From IMG/VR virus record IMGVR_UViG_2840054979_000001, positions 1 through 64,000 of that record: DNA of 64,000 nucleotides. One strand, 5' to 3'. Shown here one piece after another: positions 55,468-63,412 of this stretch. The position numbers and the translations under genes were made by a program. Positions within the stretch are counted from its first letter, which is position 1; each line of letters starts with the position of its first letter. Below the pieces are notes generated by a model. That model saw only the letters and a list, made by a program, of their open reading frames with translations. It was not told where the DNA came from and did no database searches. Source of the stretch: a virus. Lineage: Duplodnaviria; Caudoviricetes.

Positions 55468-55928
55468 TGGGCGCGCTCATCGGATTCCTGCGTGCCGCCG
55501 ACATCGGCGACTGCACCAACGGCGGCACGTCAGGCCGGCACGTCCGCTGTGTCGTCGTCAACGTGCCCGGCCCGTTCGACCCGTCGCCGGATTCGCCGGC
55601 AATGATGCTCGTCCCCGGCGCCTACGGTGCCCCGATCCTCGTCGACGCCGTCCGCGACGGCAACGGCGGATGGAAGCCCGCTGAATCCGGGCCGGACGGC
55701 AAGACGATCGGCCCGATGGCCGGCGGCAATTACGCCGCGACGCACGGCTCGTGGCGCGACATCGTCGCCGACATGACCGCCACCGCGATGTTCGACCGGA
55801 ACTACGGCCGCGGCCCCGACCTCGACCTCGAGGGCCTGCGCCGCCTCGCCCGCGACTGCGCACCGCACGCCGTCGCCGTCCACGACCGATGGGAAACCCC
55901 AGCCCAGTACGACCAGCTGTCCCGATGA
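55467..55928 (+). CDS. Hypothetical phage protein
   Basis: DCTNGG.S...MAGGNYA...VHDR.E, a recurring phage family pattern. Confidence 0.75.
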   Translation: MGALIGFLRAADIGDCTNGGTSGRHVRCVVVNVPGPFDPSPDSPAMMLVPGAYGAPILVDAVRDGNGGWKPAESGPDGKTIGPMAGGNYAATHGSWRDIVADMTATAMFDRNYGRGPDLDLEGLRRLARDCAPHAVAVHDRWETPAQYDQLSR

Positions 55929-55972
55929 AAGCCTCCCAGGGCCGTGTCGCCGCCATCGCTACAGTTATCCGC

Positions 55973-56377
55973 ATGGCGAAGGCAGACCCCGTCGGAGCGA
56001 TCGAAATCGCCCACCGACTCGACGTCACCCCGAAGACCGTGCAGACCTGGCGGTTCCGACGCGCCCTGCCGCCGGCCGACTACCAGGTGAACGGGGCCGA
56101 CGCCTGGGACTGGATGACGATCCTGCGTTGGGCCGGCCAGACCGGCCGTCTCCGCACCGAAGCCATGGCCGCCGCGTACAAGGCGAAGTTCCGCAAGGAC
56201 CCGGCCCCGCCGAACGAAGGCGGCGCCGGCACGTGGAAGACACCGGCGAAACAAGTCGCCGCGCAACGCGCCGCCCGCCGAACCGCGACGAAGCCACCGT
56301 CGACGAAGTCCGTCAAGAAGAAGCCCGCCCGCAAGACCGCCGCCAAGAAGGCGGCAGCCGCCGGGAAGCCGAACTGA
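55973..56377 (+). CDS. AlpA/MerR-like HTH protein with Lys/Ala-rich tail
   Basis: PVGAIEIAHRLDVTPKTVQTWR....LP.....G..AWDW..I..WA..TGR; KKPARKTAAKK tail; leaderless after TACAGT at 55960. Confidence 0.8.
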   Translation: MAKADPVGAIEIAHRLDVTPKTVQTWRFRRALPPADYQVNGADAWDWMTILRWAGQTGRLRTEAMAAAYKAKFRKDPAPPNEGGAGTWKTPAKQVAAQRAARRTATKPPSTKSVKKKPARKTAAKKAAAAGKPN

Positions 56378-56601
56378 TGGGCTCCGACCGCTTCGACTGG
56401 GAGACCTACGTCATCGGCGAGGTGATCGACCCCGAGCTCGAGGAACGCCTCGACAGCATCGCGCTCAAACGTGCCGAGTTCGACCTCGCCCTCGAGCGAT
56501 TCGACGCCGTCGCCGGGAGCGCCGCTGACGCTCTGAACGAGTTCGCCGCCGCCTGGAACGACTGGGGCCCCGTCGTCAACTAGCCGCTCTCCGCACATCA
56601 C

Positions 56602-56640
56602 GTCGGGGAGGGAAGCCCCGACACCATCTGAAAGGAATCC
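56602..56640 (+). repeat. AGGGAAG-loop hairpin plus SD element
   Basis: GTCGGGG-AGGGAAG-CCCCGAC, then GAAAGGAATCC. Confidence 0.85.
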
Positions 56641-56643
56641 GAA

Positions 56644-57834
56644 ATGCCAATCCAGCTGAACCCCCGTCTCCTGTCGTGGGCGCCCGACCTCGAAGACTCC
56701 GCCCGCGACCAGGCTGTCAACACGTCGAAGCTGCCGTTCCTCGCGGGCCACGTCGCGTTGATGCCCGACGCCCACTGGGGGATGGGTGCCACCGTCGGCT
56801 CCGTCATCCCGACCGAGGGTGCGATCGTGCCGGCTGCGGTCGGTGTCGACATCGGCTGCGGCATGATCGCCGCGCGCACCGACCTCACCTCGCACGATCT
56901 GCCCGACGATCTCGATCGGCTGCACGCCATGATCGGCGAAGGGATCCCGCACGGTGCCGGCCAGCAGCACGACGACGGTCGCTCCATCCCGCCGACCAAC
57001 GGCGCGTCGGTCGCTCTCACGCATCGCCTGTTCGACAAGGCGCAGCATCAGATGGGCACGCTCGGTGGCGGCAACCACTTCGTCGAGGTGTGCTTGGACG
57101 AGCTCGACCGGGTGTGGATCGTCCTGCACTCCGGTAGCCGCGGCGTCGGCAAAGAACTCGCCGAGGTCCACATCGACAAGGCGAAGGGCCTGATGAAGTC
57201 GTACTTCATCGACCTGCCCGACCCCGACCTCGCCTACCTGGCCGAAGGGACGCCGGAGTTCGCCGACTACATCGGCGACATGCTGTGGGCCCAGCGGTAC
57301 GCGATGCGGAACCGCGAGCAGATGCTGATGGCCGCGCACGAAGCATTCGACGACTTCCTCGGCCGTGGCGTCGTGATCGAGGACGTCATCAACTGCCACC
57401 ACAACTTCACCGAACGCGAGCACCACCGCGGCCGGAACGTGTGGCTGACCCGCAAGGGAGCGATCCGGGCCCGGACGGGTGACCGTGGTGTGATCCCCGG
57501 CTCGATGGGCGCGGCTTCGTACATCGTGTCCGGTCTCGGCAACCCGGCCAGCTACGACTCGTGCTCTCACGGCGCCGGGCGTCGCATGTCGCGGGCGAAG
57601 GCGTTCGCGACGTTCACGGCCGACTCGTTGATCGAAGCGATGGCCGGCAAGGCGTGGAACGGCGCCGGCGAGGCCGCGGACCTGGTCGACGAGCATCCCG
57701 GCTCGTACAAGGACATCGACGAGGTGATGGCGAACCAGGCCGACCTCGTCACCGTCGAGCACACGCTGCACCAGATCCTGAACTTGAAGGGCAAGGACGA
57801 CCGCAACCGGCGTCGCCGCAAGGGTCGCCGCTGA
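56644..57834 (+). CDS. rtcB: RtcB RNA ligase
   Basis: MPDAH.G.G..VG, VGVDIGCGM, GTLGGGNHFVE, HSGSRG, HHN, RKGA, IPGSMG, HGAGR, DEHP.SYK. Confidence 0.97.
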   Translation: MPIQLNPRLLSWAPDLEDSARDQAVNTSKLPFLAGHVALMPDAHWGMGATVGSVIPTEGAIVPAAVGVDIGCGMIAARTDLTSHDLPDDLDRLHAMIGEGIPHGAGQQHDDGRSIPPTNGASVALTHRLFDKAQHQMGTLGGGNHFVEVCLDELDRVWIVLHSGSRGVGKELAEVHIDKAKGLMKSYFIDLPDPDLAYLAEGTPEFADYIGDMLWAQRYAMRNREQMLMAAHEAFDDFLGRGVVIEDVINCHHNFTEREHHRGRNVWLTRKGAIRARTGDRGVIPGSMGAASYIVSGLGNPASYDSCSHGAGRRMSRAKAFATFTADSLIEAMAGKAWNGAGEAADLVDEHPGSYKDIDEVMANQADLVTVEHTLHQILNLKGKDDRNRRRRKGRR

Positions 57835-60011
57835 TGTGCGCAACGATCGCCCTGCCGGATGGCCGGTGGCTGCACTCCCCCAGGGAGCTCGCAGCCGCCG
57901 GCCTACCCCTCTCCGACGCCGCTCTCGTCGAGCTCGCCGACGAGCTCGACGGGATGCCCGTCGAGCCGCTGGACGTGTGCCTATGCCTCGTTGACGTCCC
58001 AGCCCTGCTCGGAGGGCACGGCGTCGGCTGGTCCGACGACGACGGCCTCTACATGGTTCGGCAGGTGCCGTTGTGATCTGCAGCTGCAAGGGTCTCGAAC
58101 TCTCTGACGGGACGATTGCCACGATCCGCCGCAAGGACTGCGTGATTCACGGGCTCGGCCTGCTCGCCGTGCCCGGCGTGAGTAGCGCTCTCGCCGACGT
58201 GGCCCGAAAGGTCGGCGAGTCGGTGGGTGCGTCGATCGGCGCCGCGCTGGCCGCAGCCGGGCTCGCGGTCGTCGAGCCGTACCGGCAAGCGATCGCCGAA
58301 GCACACAAGGCCGAAGAGGCCGCCGTCCGCGCGGCCGTACTGGAAGGAGCCAAACATGAGTGACGTCCCCGCGGGCTGCTGGCCTGTCGAGTTCCCGATC
58401 GTTGCCCGGATCGGCACCCCGACGGTCGACAACCGGCTGGTGACCGTTCCGCCGATCGTCGACGTGCCTGTTCCGATCCTGCACGGGACCGAGCAGGTCG
58501 GTGTCATCACCGCGGTGGCGGCCATGCCCGACGGGCTCGCCGCGATTCGCTGGTTCACGACCCCGGCCTGGGACGGCCTCGTCCCGTGTCTCGATGCCGA
58601 GGGCGGTGAATGGGTGATCGTCGGAGACATGCACGAGTTGCGCGGCGACTGGCGGCTCGCCGCGGTCACGATGTGTCCTGTAGCAGAGGCGCCGTGGCCC
58701 GACCTCGACGTGATCGTCGGCGACCAGGTGCCAGCGTGAGCGATCAAGGCGAGCCGACCAAGGTGACCATCGTCATCCACGCACCGCCCCAGCCGAACCT
58801 GGATCCGTGCGCACGGGGGGCCCACGCCTGGGCGTGGCTCACCGCCGGCGGCCAGCAGTGCGCGGCGTGCGGAGCCAGGCGATGATCGTCGAGACCACGC
58901 TCGTCAACGGTCACGGGTTGTTCAACGTCCGGCCGATCGCCCCCGACGGCATCGAACTTCCTGCAGCGTTGTACTCGACGGCCGCGCTGCAGCTGGGCCA
59001 CATGCGGGAGCGTGACTGCACGCCGTGGCGGTTCGAGATCCGCTTCTCGCTGGCGATGGTCCGCTGGCTCGGCCCGGCCGGGCTGGCCGCGCTCGCGCGG
59101 ATCGACGCGTTCGACGACGTCCCGGTGATCCGACCGGAAGAGCCGTTCGCTCCGTGGGTCGAGCCGGCCTCGATCAACGACTGGTTCGAAGCTGTGGCAC
59201 TCCGCCTCGTCGCCTCCACGGTCCCGGTCCCCGAGTCGCACCACGCCCGCAACCTGGAGGTGATCGGGCATGAGCTCGGCATCCACGCCGTCGCCTGGGA
59301 GCATGTCATCACCCGCCGTCACCTCGAAACGTCAGGATGGACCCGATGACCTACGAGATGTTTGAAGCGGCCGAGGCATTCCGGTTCCCCGACGTCGAAG
59401 CCCAGCAACGCGTCGTCGACGAACTGCGCGCCAGCCTGGCTGCCGCTGTCGGCGACGTCGCCGGCAAGCTGATGCTCGAGCTCGGCGTCCGAGCCCGAGC
59501 CGCCCACGTAGCGGCGGCCCATCTCGTCCCGCACGCCGTTGCGCGCGACCGCATGGACGCCTGCCGTGTCGCCATCAGCTTCGTGGCCGTCGACGATCGA
59601 GAGCTCGCCGAACGGTATCTGCAGTGGTGTTCGTCGGGCCGGCTCGACGCCACCCGGCCAGCAAGAATGTTGATCGACCGGTCGAAGCTGCCACCGCATC
59701 TGCGCGCCCGCCTCGACAGCCACCCGTCCGCCGACGGCTGATCAGGGAGTACCGTCGCCGATATGGCGAAGGTGCATTGGCGGCCCGAGGCCGCCGACGA
59801 TTTGGACGGCGCGACGGTGTTCGTCCACGCCGGCTTCCCGGACGTGCGCATCCAGCCTGGTGAGCACACGGACGCTGCCGGTGGAGTGTGGCCGCACGGC
59901 GTGCAGGTGACGGTCCGCGATGACGAGCACGGCTGGCTGCCGGTAGACAGCGGCTCGTTCTTCTGGGTCCACGAGGCCGAGGCGTGGGCGGAGAGAGAAC
60001 TGGCACCCTGA
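57834..60011 (+). other. Run of coupled small hypothetical ORFs (57834-58076, 58073-58363, 58356-58739, 58736-58885, 58882-59349, 59346-59741, 59763-60011)
   Basis: Overlapping stop/start codons; no recognisable motifs. Confidence 0.55.
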
Positions 60012-60029
60012 CCGCATAGGGTTTGAGGG

Positions 60030-60296
60030 GCCGGCGGGGCTGGTTTGCCCACACCACGGCCCCGCCGGCACTGTGACCAGGGCGATCATCGATTCTGTCG
60101 CCACGATCCAGAGGCCGAAAACACTGGTCCAGTGGCTGGTCTAGCCTTTCGTCGCCGGCGGGGAGTACGCCACAACGTCACCCTGCCGGCACCATCTCGA
60201 TGAGCGCGTAATCTAGGCGGCAACAGCTGTCGGCCATTCCACCACCGGGCTGACGGCGGCCAGCCGGCAGGGCCGAGGACCAACGGCCCTGCCGGC
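60030..60296 (+). ncRNA. Candidate structured ncRNA with three related GCCGGC(G/A)GGG stems
   Basis: Hairpins at 60030-60069, 60154-60190, 60263-60296 with intervening stems; TGGC-N12-TAGGGT promoter at 60001-60022. Confidence 0.45.
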
Positions 60297-60332
60297 GCTC
60301 GCGATGTCACCCCAGCGGCGCACGATCGACCG

Positions 60333-60995
60333 ATGAGCGACACCCGCTACGGTCAACCCCCTGTCGACGTCGGCCCCGTCGCAGTCGAGTTCGTCGAGCT
60401 CATGCACTGGATGTATTTACCGGTGAAGATGGCCGGCACATACGGGTTCAGGTATCCCGACAACGTCCGGTTCCTCGAGCCCCTCGTCGACGCCGCCACC
60501 CACGATTTCTTCGGCTGCTACGACGATGGCGGGTTGCGAGCGGTGCGCGACCATTACGTCTACCTGACCTGCCGGCGCGGTTGGGCGACACCGGACAACC
60601 CGATCAACCGACCGGGCTGGCACACCGACGGGTTCGGCACCGACGACATCAACTACGTGTGGTGCGACCGGTGGGGCACCCGCTGGGCCGTCCACGACTT
60701 CGACGACATCTCCGGCGACCACATCGAGTCGATGCACCAGTTCGAGACCCAGGCCCGAACAACCGGCGCCGCCGAACCCGGCCGCCTGTACCGCCTCGAC
60801 CAGTACGTCGTCCACGCAACGCCGATCATTCCCGACGACGGCGGCTGGCGGTCGTTCGTGAAGGTGTCGTTCTCGACGGCCCGCTACGATCTGGCCGGCA
60901 ACAGCCACAACCACCTGTTCGACTACGACTGGACGATGCGGGACCGCGACGACGTCCGCAACGACCCGTGGACGGCGGGGAAGGACCACTCGTGA
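60333..60995 (+). CDS. Putative 2OG-Fe(II) dioxygenase-fold protein
   Basis: RPGWHTDG (HxD), VVHATP (distal His), RSFVKVSF (Arg on the last strand). Confidence 0.65.
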   Translation: MSDTRYGQPPVDVGPVAVEFVELMHWMYLPVKMAGTYGFRYPDNVRFLEPLVDAATHDFFGCYDDGGLRAVRDHYVYLTCRRGWATPDNPINRPGWHTDGFGTDDINYVWCDRWGTRWAVHDFDDISGDHIESMHQFETQARTTGAAEPGRLYRLDQYVVHATPIIPDDGGWRSFVKVSFSTARYDLAGNSHNHLFDYDWTMRDRDDVRNDPWTAGKDHS

Positions 60996-61336
60996 AGCTG
61001 CGAGACCTCGTCACCGTCGGGTTCGCCGCGCACCGAGCCGCCCGCGCCGTCGCCACCGATTCGATCACGAAGCCGTTGCGTGACCGGCTGGAGGTGTGGT
61101 CGATCGACATCGAAGCGTCCGACGCCCAGGTGGCGCGCCGCGAGAAGCTGGTGCAGCTTGTGCGATGCCAGTACTGCTGCGGGTTCTGGCTGGCGCTCGT
61201 CACGTTCGCCGCGCTGGTCGCCGCACGCCGCAAGGGCTGGTGGCTGCTCGAGCGGTGCATCGACGGTTGGGCCGGCGCCGGCGTGCAGTCGACGATCACG
61301 TCGTTCCGCCAGATGATCGACGACCACACCGATTGA
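60992..61336 (+). CDS. DUF1360 membrane protein
   Basis: AAHRAARAV.TDSITKPLR...LVRCQYCCGFW. Confidence 0.8.
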   Translation: MKLRDLVTVGFAAHRAARAVATDSITKPLRDRLEVWSIDIEASDAQVARREKLVQLVRCQYCCGFWLALVTFAALVAARRKGWWLLERCIDGWAGAGVQSTITSFRQMIDDHTD

Positions 61337-61347
61337 ATACCTCTGGA

Positions 61348-61359
61348 ACATGATGATGC
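61348..61359. promoter_or_regulatory. GCATCATGATGC-family operator (ACATGATGATGC) upstream of portal
   Basis: 5 nt upstream of a TAGTCT -10; leaderless ATG at 61379. Confidence 0.6.
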
Positions 61360-61378
61360 GCGCCTAGTCTGTGAGGCT

Positions 61379-63412
61379 ATGGCCCCGGCGAGCACGAAGG
61401 CAGCGAAGCAACGCCGCCTGTTCAACCGCAAGCCCGAACGCCACGGCTCGTTCGCCATGACCCAGCCGAACCGGGCCCACGCCACGTCATCGACCGCGGC
61501 GACCCGCCAAGTCAAAGACGGCGTCAAGCCGCGCAACACGCTCGACGGCTGGCAGCCCGAGGCGTACATGTACTCCGACGAGATCGGAGAGGTCGGCTAC
61601 GTCAACAACCTCAAGGCGAACTCGGCCGCCGACTGCGAACTCGTCCTGCAGGAGTACGACGCCGACGCCGACGACTGGAAGGACTCAGAGGACGTCCGAG
61701 CCGCCCGGGTGATGAAGGCGTTCGTGTCGCCGCACGGCGGCCAGTCCGAACTGATCCGCCGCGCGTTCCTGCACCTCGACATCGCCGGCGAGACGATGCT
61801 CGTCGGGTCGCCGACCAAGGAACTTGGCATCTCGACGGGAATCTGGTGGGAGTTCCTGTCGTCCGAAGAGCTCGTCATCACGCGGGGCAACGCGAAGCCG
61901 CGCCGCAAGCGTGACGGCATCAGCCAGGGCGAAGACCTCGACCAGGACGCCTACATCGCCCGCCTCTACCGCAGCCATCCTCGGTTCTCCGATCTGGCAG
62001 ATTCGCCGATGCGCCGCGTGCTCGGCATCTGCTCGGAGGTGCTGACGCTCACGCAGATGGTCTCGGCAATCGCCCGAAGCCGGCTCGCCGCGGGCATCTT
62101 GTACGTGCCCGAAGAGTTGTCGTTCGCCGTCGACGACGAGTCCGACGAGGTGCTCGACGCCGACGACGAGGGCTACGACGAGAACTCGATCGAACCGTTC
62201 CTCAAGGACCTCGAAGAGCACCTCAAGGCGCCAGTCGAGGACCGCACCTCCGTCGCATCGCTGGTGCCGCTGATCCTCCGCGGTCCCGCCGAGATGAAGG
62301 ACAAGGTCGGTCTCATCGAGATCGCCCGCAACCTCGACACGTGGGCCCAGGAGCTTCGCAAGGAAGCCCTCAGCCGGTTGGCGACCGGCATGGACATCGA
62401 CCCGGCCTACCTCGAAGGCAAGTCGCAGGTGAACCACTGGGGGACGTGGAACATCGACAACGAGTTCGTGATGAAGCACGTCGCCCCCACCGGGTCGCTC
62501 GTCGCCGACTTCGTGACCGTCGCCTACCTGCGACCCATGCTCGAGACGTTCGAAGCGATGTCGGAGGACGACGCGCTGCGGTTCCGTGTCGTGTTCGACA
62601 CGTCGAAGATCATGGCCCGCTCCGACGAGGCCGCGAACGCCCGCCTGCTGCACACCGAGTTGCAGTTGTCCGACTCGTCACTGCGATCGTCGAACGGTTT
62701 CGACGAGTCCGACGCACCCGACCCCGACGAGCTCAAGCGGCGGATGGCGTGGCGTCTGCTCGAGAAGGCGCCCGTCCAGCTGGGCCCGGCGCTCGGCCCG
62801 CTCGTCGGTCTCGACGACGTCGACTGGTCGAAGGTGACCCCGCAGCAGATCATCGGCAACCCGTCGAACCCGACCCGACCGGACCTCGACGGGCCCGACG
62901 ACGTGTCCGGGATGCAGCCCCCCGAGCAGCAGTCGCAGGAAGAGGCCGAACGGATCCCCGGCATGTCGATGCTGATCGAACGAGTCGCCACCGCCGCGGA
63001 CGCCGCGGTGGACCGGGCGATCGACACGGCGGCGTCACGGGTCGTGTCGAAGGCCCGCAAGAACCTGTCGATCAAGGACCGCATCGCGACGGTCGACAAG
63101 GGCCGCGTCCTCACCGTCGTCGCCCCCGCTGATCTCGGCGAGCTCGGCTTGAATGCCGGACAGCTGCTCGCCGGCGCCTGGGACACGGTCGGGTTGAAGG
63201 TGCGCGGCTGGGTCCGCTCGTACCTCGAGCAGCGCGGCCGCGACGGACTGGCGGCCGACGACATCGCTGCGTTGGCGTCGTCGAACCTGTGCTCCGCCCT
63301 CGATCGGCTCGTCAGCGACCGGCTGCACACGCAGCTGTCGCCGAACGGCAACGGGCTGCGCGTGCCGCACCGTCTCGTGATCGACGCGTTGGCTCACGCC
63401 GGAGTGGGGTGA
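61379..63412 (+). CDS. Portal protein
   Basis: WQ.EAY...DEIGEV.Y, L.IAGE, HPR....ADSP, SRLAAGILYVPEE, S.VP.I, RLA.G.D..P..L.G....NHW (actinophage portal pattern). Confidence 0.88.
   Translation: MAPASTKAAKQRRLFNRKPERHGSFAMTQPNRAHATSSTAATRQVKDGVKPRNTLDGWQPEAYMYSDEIGEVGYVNNLKANSAADCELVLQEYDADADDWKDSEDVRAARVMKAFVSPHGGQSELIRRAFLHLDIAGETMLVGSPTKELGISTGIWWEFLSSEELVITRGNAKPRRKRDGISQGEDLDQDAYIARLYRSHPRFSDLADSPMRRVLGICSEVLTLTQMVSAIARSRLAAGILYVPEELSFAVDDESDEVLDADDEGYDENSIEPFLKDLEEHLKAPVEDRTSVASLVPLILRGPAEMKDKVGLIEIARNLDTWAQELRKEALSRLATGMDIDPAYLEGKSQVNHWGTWNIDNEFVMKHVAPTGSLVADFVTVAYLRPMLETFEAMSEDDALRFRVVFDTSKIMARSDEAANARLLHTELQLSDSSLRSSNGFDESDAPDPDELKRRMAWRLLEKAPVQLGPALGPLVGLDDVDWSKVTPQQIIGNPSNPTRPDLDGPDDVSGMQPPEQQSQEEAERIPGMSMLIERVATAADAAVDRAIDTAASRVVSKARKNLSIKDRIATVDKGRVLTVVAPADLGELGLNAGQLLAGAWDTVGLKVRGWVRSYLEQRGRDGLAADDIAALASSNLCSALDRLVSDRLHTQLSPNGNGLRVPHRLVIDALAHAGVG

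Noticed and set aside
13268-56640. AGGGAAG hairpin repeats as a CRISPR array or integron attC sites
   Set aside because: They are dispersed over 43 kb without regular spacers; no cas operon (the Cas4-like nuclease is a solitary phage RecB-type gene); no GTTRRRY/RYYYAAC ends; the integrase is a phage type; each copy is tied to an SD.
60100-60160. tRNA gene (TGGTCCAGTGG resembles a D-arm)
   Set aside because: No T-loop GTTCGA and no cloverleaf; no tRNA gene was recognised anywhere in the window.
60333-60995. Calling this gene TET/JBP
   Set aside because: Only generic HxD...H...R features are visible; TET/JBP-specific motifs could not be confirmed by eye.
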